Assembly (NCBI GenBank): GCA_963664705.1
Contig: OY761556.1
Location: 1,248,001-1,312,000, forward strand
Direction: 5' to 3'
DNA length: 64,000 bases
Source: Acidobacteriota bacterium
GTDB lineage: Bacteria > Acidobacteriota > UBA6911
A program made the position numbers and the translations under genes. Below the pieces are notes generated by a model. The model searched no databases. It saw only the letters and a program-made list of their open reading frames with translations, and was not told the origin of the DNA. Of this stretch, positions 42,701 to 50,774 are shown piece after piece. Each line of letters begins with the position of its first letter. Position 1 is the first letter of the stretch.

Positions 42701-45700
42701 TTTACTCCGGCGGCGGACAGCGTGGACAGGCTCCCGTGGACATTTGTATCACAGGGGCGGCTCTGGGCCTGCCGGGCGTGAATGGCGTTTTCGACGATAC
42801 GAACGTTGAAAAGATTCTCCGCGGCGATGTATTCATCGACAAGATCCCTGCGCATTTGCGCGAGGCGATGGTTGAAAAGAACATTACGCGGCTGGTGAAA
42901 TCCGAAGGGGGCGAAGGAAGATTCGAAACCATCGGAAGTACGGCGGATGTGATCAAGCTGGCGGCGCGCGCCAAGGAATTCGATATCGTTCGCGATTTCG
43001 GCTTCCCAGAGGACCGCATGCCTGCGCTGGACCGCGTGACGCAGCTGGCCATTGGCGCCGGTATCGATGCGCTGCGCGATGCCGGCATCCCGCTGGTTAT
43101 GCGCTACAAGACCACCACGAAAGGAACTTTGCTTCCCGATCGTTGGCAGCTGCCTGAAGAGATTCGTGATGACACGGGAATCCTCTTTACTTCGGCATTC
43201 CCGGGATACGATTCCTATGAAAAGATCATCGCCGATTTCTACAAGGACAAGAATCGTCGTCAGCGCCTGGAAGAACTCAGCAGCCTGCGCGAACTGGCCG
43301 CCAGAGCCGGTTCCGGCAACGGCGTTTCCCAGGAACTCGACAAGCGAATCAAAGACCTGACGGAGGAGATCGAAAAGAATGTATATCATTTCGATCGCCG
43401 TTTCCTGTTCCGCGTTCTTTCAATGGGCCATTCCCAGTTCGCCGAATACATCGGCGCCCGCGGGCCCAACACCTCGACCAACGGAGCCTGCGCAAGCGGC
43501 ACTCAGGCCGTCGGGCTCGCCAGCGACTGGATCCGTACCGGACGCTGCAAGCGCGTCATCATTGTTTCCGCGGACGATATCACTTCTGAAAACCTCATGG
43601 GCTGGTTCGGTTCCGGATTCCTGGCTTCCGGATCGGCTGCGACGGATGAGATCGTCGAAGATGCGGCCACTCCGTTCGATCGCCGGCGCCATGGCCTGAT
43701 CATTGGAATGGGCGCATCCGCCGTCGTGATCGAAAGTGTGGACTCGGCCCGCGAGCGCGGCGTCCGCCCGATCTGCCATGTGCTGGGATCGGTGGTGGCC
43801 AACAGTGCGTTCCACGGAACCCGTCTGGACACGAGCCACATCCGCCACGTGATGGAAAGACTGATTTCCACGGCGGAAAAGGAATGGGGTATCAATCGGT
43901 TCGAGATAGCTCCCGAGACGGTATTTGTTTCCCATGAAACATACACGCCGGCCCGCGGCGGCAGCGCATCGGCGGAAGTCTTCGCGCTGCGGCACGTGTT
44001 CAAGGATGCGACCGATCAGATTATCGTGGCCAATACCAAAGGTGCCACCGGGCACCCGATGGCCGTGGGTATTGAAGATGTCGTTTCGGTCAAAATCCTG
44101 GAAACCGGCATCGTTCCCGCTGTTCCCAATTTCAAGGAAGTGGACCCCGAACTTGGCCAGCTGAACCTCTCAAAAGGCGGACCGTACCCCGTGCGCTATG
44201 CGTTGAGACTGGGTGCCGGCTTCGGATCGCAGATTTGTATGACCCTGCTGCGCTGGGCGCCCACCCCCGATGGGAGACGTCCGGCTCCGACAGGGCTCGG
44301 TTACCAATACAGAATCGAAGATCAGACCGCCTGGAACAACTGGCTGAAGCGCCTTGCGGGCAATAATGCGGCGGAGCTGGAAGTGGTACAGCGCACGCTC
44401 CGGATCAAAGATCAGGGCGTTGCCGCAAGAATGGAAAACGGGAATGGATCGGCTGCCGCCACAATTCCTCAGATTGCCGCCCCGGCGGCTGCAATATCGG
44501 AACCGGCGCCGGCTGTTTCTGCTCCTGCTGCGACGGCTGTGCCTTCAGCGGTGGAGCCGGCTGCGTCCATCTCCGACCCGGTGAAAGATGCGGTCATGCG
44601 GATTATCGCCGAAAAGACCGGCTATCCCTCCGACATGCTCGATCCCGATCTTGATCTGGAAGCGGATCTCGGCATCGACACGGTAAAACAGGCGGAGATG
44701 TTTGCCGCCATTCGAGCGGAATATGACATCCCGCGCGAAGACAACCTGAAGCTGCGCGATTTCCCGACGCTGGCGCACATCATCCAGTTCGTGTATGACC
44801 GCCGGCCGGATATGAAGCGCGCGGCAGCCCCTGTTCAGGCTGCCAAAGTTTCCGAGCCTGCTCCTGCAGCAGCGGCGACAGCACCGGCTCCGGTGCAGGC
44901 CGCCGCGGCGCCGGCCGATTCCGGCGATGATGCCGTGAAGGAAATGGTCCTGAAGATCATCGCGGAAAAAACCGGGTATCCCTCCGACATGCTGGACCTG
45001 GATCTCGATCTCGAGGCAGACCTCGGGATTGACACGGTAAAGCAGGCCGAAATGTTTGCCTCAATCCGCGCGGCCTACGACATTCCGCGCGAGGACAATC
45101 TGAAGCTGCGCGATTTTCCGACGCTGGCGCACATCATTCAGTTTGTGTACGACCGGAAGCCCGATCTGAAACCGTCGGCCAAACCGGCCGCGGCGGCAGC
45201 ACCCGTTGCCGCACCGGCGGCAGTGGCTCCTGCGGCAGCCGCAACCGAAGATGATGGCGTTAAAGACATGGTCCTCAAGATCATTGCGGAAAAAACCGGC
45301 TATCCACCGGATATGCTGGATCTCGATCTCGATCTCGAAGCAGATCTTGGGATCGATACCGTAAAGCAGGCCGAGATGTTCGCGACCATCCGCGCGGCTT
45401 ATGACATCCCGCGCGAAGACAATTTGAAGCTGCGCGATTTCCCGACGCTGGCGCATATCATTCAGTTCGTGTACGACCGGAAGCCCGGGTTGAAGCAGTC
45501 CGATGCGACCGGGACTCCGGCCGAATCGAAGGCTGCGGAACCACCGGCAACGGCGGAAGCGCCCAAACCGGTAGCGGCCAGTTTTGATGCCGCCAACGCC
45601 GTGCCAAGGCGTCTGCCCGTTCCCAAACTTCGGCCGGCGCTGAGTGTCTGCAAGCCAACCGGCGTTGCTCTGAAACCGGGAAGCCGGGTCGTCGTGATGC

Positions 45701-48120
45701 CGGACCAGGGCGGAGTAGGAAAAGCTCTGATCGGAAGACTCGAGAAGCTCGGAGTCCAAGTCCTTGTGATCGACGGCGTGCCCGATGTGAAGTTCCTCGC
45801 GAAATACATCGAGGGATGGAAGGCCGAAGGCCCGATCCAGGGGATTTACTGGCTCCCCGCGCTTGATCAGGCCGGCGATGTTTCCTCCATGACTCTTGTT
45901 CAGTGGAAGGAAGCGACGCGGGTGCGGGCAAAGCTGCTGTTTGCCACGATCCAGAGTCTTTACGATCAGATCGGCGAGCCGGGAACTTTCCTGGTTTCCG
46001 CGACGCGATTGGGCGGCCAGCATGGATACGATGAAGCCGGCGCGGCCGATGCCCTGGGTGGATCGGTGTCCGGGTTCACCAAAGCCTTCAAACGTGAGAA
46101 GCCGAATGCAACCGTAAAGGTGATCGACTTCGAGCCGAGCCGCAAGACAAGCGCACTCGCGGATCTCCTGGTGGATGAAACGCTCCGGGATCCGGGAGCG
46201 GTGGAAATCGGCTACAAAGATGGCCAGCGTTTTACGGTTGGTCTGGTTGAAAGGCCGGTTGCGGAAGCGACACCGGTTCAGCTCAACAAAGATACGGTCT
46301 TTGTGGTAACCGGCGCGGCAGGAAGCATCGTTTCCGCCATCACCGCGGATCTTGCGGCCGCTTCGAGCGGAATCTTCTACCTGCTCGACCTCACGCCGGA
46401 GCCGGATGCGGCAAACAGCGACCTCGCTCGCCTGGTGACCGATAAAGAAGGCTTGAAGCGCGATATCTTCGAACGGTTCAAAGTGCGTGGCGAACGCGCG
46501 ACACCGGTCATGGTCGATCGCGAAATCGCCTCGCTCGAACGGTCCCGCGCTGCACTGGATGCCATCCTGGCCGTCAAGAACGCAGGCGGAACGGTTCACT
46601 ACTGCAGCCTCGATTTGACCGATCAGGGTGCGGTGGGCAAAGTCGTCAAGGATATCGCCGACCGGTATGGCCGCATCGATGTTTTGATGCACGCTGCCGG
46701 CCTCGAAATCAGCCACATGGTTCCCGACAAGAAGACGTCGGAATTCGACCTTGTCTTCGATGTGAAGAGCGATGGCTGGTTCAACCTTCTTTCCAGCATG
46801 GGAGAAATGCCGCTCGGCGCGGCGGTGGTATTCAGCTCCGTTGCCGGACGCTTCGGCAACTCCGGGCAGACCGATTACAGCTCGGCCAATGATCTGCTCT
46901 GCAAATGCATCTCGAATTTCCGCACGACGCGGCCACAGACAAGAGGTATCTCGATTGACTGGACGGCGTGGAGTGGAATCGGAATGGCATCCAGGGGCTC
47001 CATTCCTGTCATCATGAAACAGGCCGGCATCGATATGCTTCCTCCCGAGGCCGGTATCTCGATCGTGCGCCGCGAACTGCTGGCCGGCACGGGTGGAGAG
47101 CTTGTGATCGGGCAGAAGTTGGGAATCCTGGTTCAGGAATTTGATCCGCAGGGCGGACTGGATGTGACTGCTGGCGGAACGCTTGAAGCGTCGCTGAAGG
47201 ATCGCGGGATCATGATCGGAGCCGTCGAGGGCATGGGTCTGTACGGTGGATTGACGATTGAAACAACTCTCGATCCAACCCAGCAGCCGTTCCTCTTCGA
47301 CCACCAGATCAGTCAGACCCCGGTGCTTCCGGGCGTCATGGGTCTGGAAGCCATGGCGGAAGCCGCCAGGCTTCTCTTCCCGGACCGCTATGTCGGAGCC
47401 ATCACCGATGTCAGCTTCATGACTCCGTTCAAGTTCTATCGCAACCAGCCGCGCGCGATTAAGATCTACGTGGACTTCTTCGCGGACAACGAGGATATCG
47501 TCGCGGATTGCAGGCTTGTCGGTTCTCGCCTGCTGCACGGGCATGCGGAACCGGAAATCACGACGCATTTCACCGGTCGTGTGCGCCTGACAACGCAACC
47601 GCCCAAGGCTGCCAAGGAAAACGCCGTCTCCGCGCGAACGAGCGGTGCCAGGGCGGAAGCGGCGCAAATCTACAAGGTTTACTTCCATGGACCGGCGTAT
47701 CAGGTGATCGACAGCGCATGGCAGTCGGGCGGCAACATTGTCGCATCGTTTGCCAGGGAACTGCCGGTCAACCATGTGCCGGCCGAACTGCCGGTGCTGG
47801 CTTCGCCAAGGTATGTGGAACTCTGCTTCCAGGCGGCCAGCCTGTCCGGACTCGCCGGACAGTCGCGGCTTGGTTTGCCGAATTCCTTCAAGGAGCTGCG
47901 AGTCCTCTCGATGCCTGAGAAGGAGTCGGATGGAAACTTCTTCTCCGTGGTTGCCACCAACCCGGATGGGACCTATGATGCGAAGGTGCTGGACGGCAAG
48001 GGAAAGGTTTATCTGACCCTCCGCGGCTACCAGACCATGGATCTCCCGGATCCGGTTCAGGCGGATCTCATTCAGCCCATCAAGGCAGCGTTGCAGCCGG
48101 AGCTGTCGGAGAAAGCATAA
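39703..48120 (+). CDS. Iterative type I PKS/FAS: KS-AT-KS-ACP-ACP-ACP-KR-DH (PfaA-related), 2805 aa
   Basis: KS1 DAACAS/HGTST/GHLKGAAG; AT GQGSQ/GHSLG/HAFH; KS2 NGACAS/HETYT/GHPM; three ACP-like DLEADLGIDTVKQAEMF repeats; KR TGAAGSI..GQTDYSSAN; DH DHQISQTPVLPG..FHGPAYQ. Confidence 0.92.
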   Translation: MKVSAAERAVAIVGVGALMPDAPNAPKFWQNVRGGVYSIKDVVQERWDPNLYYDADPKAPDKTYSKIGGWVRDWEWDPLKWKLPIPPRVSLAMDLTQKWAVVTAREALADFGYPSRALNAERTAVIYGNAMAGDTHLYSAARILFPEFAEELIKSTSYSALPPAVRESIMEQLHEGVRRKTPPITEDTMPGELANIVAGRIAALYDFKGPNYVADAACASAMAAMSAAIEGLNAHDYDAVLTGGIDTNMSPSTFVKFCKIGALSATGSRPYAEGSDGFVMGEGAVTFLLKRLADAERDGDKIYAVIRGMGGSSDGKGKGITAPNPAGQKICVRRAWQKAGVLPTVGDLIEGHGTSTAVGDVAEFESIAEVFNDFGLPKQSIPLGSVKSNIGHLKGAAGSAGILKAMFALHARELPPSLNFNEPNHNINFKDSPFYVNTQLKPWDVEPGKARRAAVSAFGFGGTNFHIVLEEYIPGRIAGEIKTTTSVPVSAVASAPAELKTPLRGALVLGADNEAAVVARLRDIVKDAEAGKAPAPAVPMESDLRASVRLAIDYGNAAELADKGAKALKAFEENQVGRWKALRAKGIFLGKGPAPKVAFLFTGQGSQYVNMIQHLRETEPIVTRTFEAADRIMEPLLGKPLTECIYLDKSDAAALAAAEEGLKQTAITQPAVLATETALARMLGAYGIQPDMVMGHSLGEYGALVAAGAISFDEALKAVSARGNEMTKCAFDDNGMMAAVGGPIDEIQKVLETIDDYVVVANINSTKEAVIGGSTQGIEKAIAALGTAGYTAKALQVSHAFHTKIVAPAGDSLARILGGMNLRPPQIPIVTNVTGEFYPMGPGVVPEMIGLLGKQVSSPVQFIKGLNTLYNAGARIFVDIGPKRILYGFVDDVLGAKDGVVPLFGNHPRIGDAASLNLALCGLYAAGLGFGEPAKAVAVVPAAPVVAVPAVQASLTAAPSAPSYRMEKLDQPQRVAPASSDRYVELGKLFTEFMDRGFQLYSGGGQRGQAPVDICITGAALGLPGVNGVFDDTNVEKILRGDVFIDKIPAHLREAMVEKNITRLVKSEGGEGRFETIGSTADVIKLAARAKEFDIVRDFGFPEDRMPALDRVTQLAIGAGIDALRDAGIPLVMRYKTTTKGTLLPDRWQLPEEIRDDTGILFTSAFPGYDSYEKIIADFYKDKNRRQRLEELSSLRELAARAGSGNGVSQELDKRIKDLTEEIEKNVYHFDRRFLFRVLSMGHSQFAEYIGARGPNTSTNGACASGTQAVGLASDWIRTGRCKRVIIVSADDITSENLMGWFGSGFLASGSAATDEIVEDAATPFDRRRHGLIIGMGASAVVIESVDSARERGVRPICHVLGSVVANSAFHGTRLDTSHIRHVMERLISTAEKEWGINRFEIAPETVFVSHETYTPARGGSASAEVFALRHVFKDATDQIIVANTKGATGHPMAVGIEDVVSVKILETGIVPAVPNFKEVDPELGQLNLSKGGPYPVRYALRLGAGFGSQICMTLLRWAPTPDGRRPAPTGLGYQYRIEDQTAWNNWLKRLAGNNAAELEVVQRTLRIKDQGVAARMENGNGSAAATIPQIAAPAAAISEPAPAVSAPAATAVPSAVEPAASISDPVKDAVMRIIAEKTGYPSDMLDPDLDLEADLGIDTVKQAEMFAAIRAEYDIPREDNLKLRDFPTLAHIIQFVYDRRPDMKRAAAPVQAAKVSEPAPAAAATAPAPVQAAAAPADSGDDAVKEMVLKIIAEKTGYPSDMLDLDLDLEADLGIDTVKQAEMFASIRAAYDIPREDNLKLRDFPTLAHIIQFVYDRKPDLKPSAKPAAAAAPVAAPAAVAPAAAATEDDGVKDMVLKIIAEKTGYPPDMLDLDLDLEADLGIDTVKQAEMFATIRAAYDIPREDNLKLRDFPTLAHIIQFVYDRKPGLKQSDATGTPAESKAAEPPATAEAPKPVAASFDAANAVPRRLPVPKLRPALSVCKPTGVALKPGSRVVVMPDQGGVGKALIGRLEKLGVQVLVIDGVPDVKFLAKYIEGWKAEGPIQGIYWLPALDQAGDVSSMTLVQWKEATRVRAKLLFATIQSLYDQIGEPGTFLVSATRLGGQHGYDEAGAADALGGSVSGFTKAFKREKPNATVKVIDFEPSRKTSALADLLVDETLRDPGAVEIGYKDGQRFTVGLVERPVAEATPVQLNKDTVFVVTGAAGSIVSAITADLAAASSGIFYLLDLTPEPDAANSDLARLVTDKEGLKRDIFERFKVRGERATPVMVDREIASLERSRAALDAILAVKNAGGTVHYCSLDLTDQGAVGKVVKDIADRYGRIDVLMHAAGLEISHMVPDKKTSEFDLVFDVKSDGWFNLLSSMGEMPLGAAVVFSSVAGRFGNSGQTDYSSANDLLCKCISNFRTTRPQTRGISIDWTAWSGIGMASRGSIPVIMKQAGIDMLPPEAGISIVRRELLAGTGGELVIGQKLGILVQEFDPQGGLDVTAGGTLEASLKDRGIMIGAVEGMGLYGGLTIETTLDPTQQPFLFDHQISQTPVLPGVMGLEAMAEAARLLFPDRYVGAITDVSFMTPFKFYRNQPRAIKIYVDFFADNEDIVADCRLVGSRLLHGHAEPEITTHFTGRVRLTTQPPKAAKENAVSARTSGARAEAAQIYKVYFHGPAYQVIDSAWQSGGNIVASFARELPVNHVPAELPVLASPRYVELCFQAASLSGLAGQSRLGLPNSFKELRVLSMPEKESDGNFFSVVATNPDGTYDAKVLDGKGKVYLTLRGYQTMDLPDPVQADLIQPIKAALQPELSEKA
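44575..45490 (+). repeat. Three near-identical ACP-like domain repeats with Ala/Pro-rich linkers
   Basis: IIAEKTGYPxDMLDxDLDLEADLGIDTVKQAEMFAxIRAxYDIPREDNLKLRDFPTLAHIIQFVYDR at about 44575, 44929 and 45253. Confidence 0.92.
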
Positions 48121-48124
48121 CCTC

Positions 48125-48844
48125 ATGATTTCAGATGCCGGATTTCAGATTTCAGAATGTCCTGATGGACAGAGCTGGAATCTGAAATCCGGGGACTGGA
48201 ATCTCCTCTGCATTACCCGTACCTCGAAACAGATTCCCCTGGATGATAACTGGCTAAGCAAGGAAGAGCGTGAGGTGGTGTCGGCATTTCGCTTCCCAAA
48301 GCGAAGAACCGATTGGCGCCTGGGTCGCTGGACGGCAAAACAGACCATTTGTCTGCTTAAGAATTGGGGCGATTCCGCGCTTGCATCGCTGGAAATACGT
48401 TCGGATTCCAATGGAGCGCCGGAAGTTTTTTTTGAAGGAAAGCCGGCCGACGTCTCCATCTCGATCAGCCACAGCGGGGACCGGAGTTTTTGTCTGGCCG
48501 GCCCGCGAACCCTGGCCGCCGGGTGCGACCTCGAGTGGATAGAACCGCGCGAGAAAAATTTTGCGCCCGATTATTTTACGGATGAAGAACTTGCGTTTGT
48601 GCTGCAGGCGCAGGATAAACGCGAAATGGCCGAAACGCTTATCTGGAGTGCGAAGGAATCCGCCCTTAAAGTCATCCGCAAAGGATTGACGCTGGACACG
48701 CGCAGCGTTGGGATTCGGCCGGATTTCGCCGAGCCGAGTGAAGTCTGGCAGCGCTGGACCGGTAAGTCCCTGGATCCGCCAAGGATCTACCATGGCCTCT
48801 GGCGCGCAGCCGACAGTTTTATCTATACGCTGGCTGTAGCGTGA
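48125..48844 (+). CDS. Sfp-type 4'-phosphopantetheinyl transferase
   Basis: WRLGRWTAK, GAP, SISHS, GCDLE, WSAKESALK; begins 4 nt after the PKS stop. Confidence 0.9.
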   Translation: MISDAGFQISECPDGQSWNLKSGDWNLLCITRTSKQIPLDDNWLSKEEREVVSAFRFPKRRTDWRLGRWTAKQTICLLKNWGDSALASLEIRSDSNGAPEVFFEGKPADVSISISHSGDRSFCLAGPRTLAAGCDLEWIEPREKNFAPDYFTDEELAFVLQAQDKREMAETLIWSAKESALKVIRKGLTLDTRSVGIRPDFAEPSEVWQRWTGKSLDPPRIYHGLWRAADSFIYTLAVA

Positions 48845-48885
48845 GCTTTCCCTGAAAGCGCCGCCGTCTCGTTCTCCAGCCTTGG

Positions 48886-48927
48886 TCTGGAATCTGGAAT
48901 CCGGAATCTGAAATCTGGAATCTGGAA
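48886..48927. repeat. Tandem heptamer array (TCTGGAA)6, degenerate
   Basis: TCTGGAA TCTGGAA TCCGGAA TCTGAAA TCTGGAA TCTGGAA; reverse complement of the GATTCCA family at 15958. A related array lies at about 48127-48203. Confidence 0.85.
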
Positions 48928-48994
48928 TTCTATCCAGTGTTCTTTCAGGAAAGAGGCTCCTGACTTCCAGTCCCTTTTTCGTTACTATCACTTC

Positions 48995-49927
48995 ATGAAA
49001 ACAAGGAATCTTGGCAAATCTGGACTAGTTGTTTCCGAAGTCGGGTTGGGCTGCAATAACTTCGGCATGCGCATTGACTTGGAAGAATCGCGTGCGGTGA
49101 TCGATAAGGCGATTGAATTAGGCATCACGCTCTTCGATACGGCCGACGTATACGGAAAGCGTGGCGGCTCCGAAACCATCCTGGGTCAAGTGCTCGGATC
49201 CCGTCGAAAGGACATCGTCCTGGCGACGAAATTCGGAATGATCATGGATGGGGCCGAGACCAAAAAAGGAGCGTCGCGACGCTATATCCTGTCGGCGGTC
49301 GAATCCAGCCTTCGCCGTCTGAATACCGACTGGATTGATTTATACCAGGTCCATACCCCCGATCCCAAAACCCCGCTGGACGAAACCCTGCGTACCTTGG
49401 ACGATCTCGTGCGCCAGGGCAAAATTCGTTATTTTGGCTGCTCCAATTATCCCGCCTGGCAGGTGGTTGAAGCGTGCTGGATCAGCCGGGACCTCGGCAT
49501 CAATTCCTTCGTGTCCTGTCAGGACGAATACAACCTCCTCGTGCGTACGGTGGAACGCGATCAAATCCCGGTGATGGCGAAATACGGGCTCGGGCTGCTC
49601 CCCTATTTCCCGCTGGCGAGCGGCATGCTGACCGGCAAGTACAAAAAGGGAGAAATGCCTGCAGCCGGCACCCGTTTCTCGGCCTGGAAGTCGGTTTCAC
49701 AGCGGTATATCAGTGATCAGAATTGGACGGTGGTGGAATCGTTGGATAAATTCGCCGTTCATCGAGGGCATACGCTTCTGGATCTGGCTTTTGGCTGGCT
49801 GCTCGCCAAACCGGTGGTGTCGAGCGTTATCGCCGGTGCTACGCGCCCGGAGCAGGTGGAGCGGAATGTAGCTGCCGCAAGTTGGGAGCTGTCGAGCGAG
49901 GATCTCGCGGAAATCGACAAAATCTGA
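48995..49927 (+). CDS. Aldo/keto reductase
   Basis: GLGCNNFG, FDTADVYG, LATKFG, IDLYQVH, GCSN, PYFPLASG. Confidence 0.92.
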   Translation: MKTRNLGKSGLVVSEVGLGCNNFGMRIDLEESRAVIDKAIELGITLFDTADVYGKRGGSETILGQVLGSRRKDIVLATKFGMIMDGAETKKGASRRYILSAVESSLRRLNTDWIDLYQVHTPDPKTPLDETLRTLDDLVRQGKIRYFGCSNYPAWQVVEACWISRDLGINSFVSCQDEYNLLVRTVERDQIPVMAKYGLGLLPYFPLASGMLTGKYKKGEMPAAGTRFSAWKSVSQRYISDQNWTVVESLDKFAVHRGHTLLDLAFGWLLAKPVVSSVIAGATRPEQVERNVAAASWELSSEDLAEIDKI

Positions 49928-50007
49928 ATGGCTCGGCCTCCGCGGATGGAATCTTAACCGAGCTTTTTGCGGCCATCCTGCGCCGGAAAATGATATCCTA
50001 AGCTCCT

Positions 50008-50730
50008 ATGGCCAAGGAATTTCAGCCGGCGCAACCGTTCCCGCGCACGGCAATAGGTTTTCTGCCGGAATACCTCGATTTTGAGCGGGGCATCCATGTG
50101 GGGAACCTTGAAGAAAATCAGCGCATCACCCGCATCCTGAAACTGGCGCTTGAAGCGCGCTACCGGGAGCCGTTTGTGACGGAACGCTTCGGACGCGGGG
50201 TCTACTGGCAGTGGATTGGTTTTCTGCCGCGCGCCAATCGGAGTGCCAAACCGATCTCCTCAAAGGTCAGTTTCGGGTGCTCCAAGTTTTATTTAACGGT
50301 TGATACGGAGACCAAGGTTTTCAAGTGCGGATTCTCCGTGGAGCGCGGATTCCTCGAGTCCCCGGATTTTCCCGCGATTGAACTGAAGTCCGATTTTGAC
50401 TGGCATCGGCTGACGGCCGCATTGAAGCCTTCGGGCGCAATGGAGCGTGAGTTGAAACGGCTGGTGGTTCGCGAGGGATTCAGAGTCGATGCCGGCAGCT
50501 GGGAGCGTCCGTTTTCGGCGACGAAGAGCCGGTTCCCCAGTATGGCCAAGCTGAAAAGCGCCCTCGATGAGGCCCCGGGCGCATCATGGGCAGGTTTTCA
50601 GGTATACTACCCGATGCCGGAAAAAGATGTGCGCGGCTCATCCGGAGTCGATTTGATTGAATCGATGATGGCCATTTTTGACGAGGTCACTCCGGCGATG
50701 AATTTGTGCATGCAGATCCGGCTCGAGTAA
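50008..50730 (+). CDS. Hypothetical protein
   Basis: 240-aa ORF with globular composition filling the gap between the AKR gene and serA; family not recognised. Confidence 0.7.
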   Translation: MAKEFQPAQPFPRTAIGFLPEYLDFERGIHVGNLEENQRITRILKLALEARYREPFVTERFGRGVYWQWIGFLPRANRSAKPISSKVSFGCSKFYLTVDTETKVFKCGFSVERGFLESPDFPAIELKSDFDWHRLTAALKPSGAMERELKRLVVREGFRVDAGSWERPFSATKSRFPSMAKLKSALDEAPGASWAGFQVYYPMPEKDVRGSSGVDLIESMMAIFDEVTPAMNLCMQIRLE

Positions 50731-50774
50731 GCGCGCGTTTAATCATCCAACTTTCTATTTGCAGGTGTTTCGAA

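Noticed and set aside
39703-48120. Calling the PKS a canonical pfaA PUFA synthase or a pseudogene
   Set aside because: No pfaB/C/D are present and it has an extra KS; the frame is intact over 8.4 kb with conserved catalytic motifs, so decay is unlikely despite the Thr-type ACPs.
39937-48126. Very long - strand ORFs (828 aa and 1021 aa)
   Set aside because: Antisense to the PKS; expected from high-GC codon bias and without recognisable motifs.
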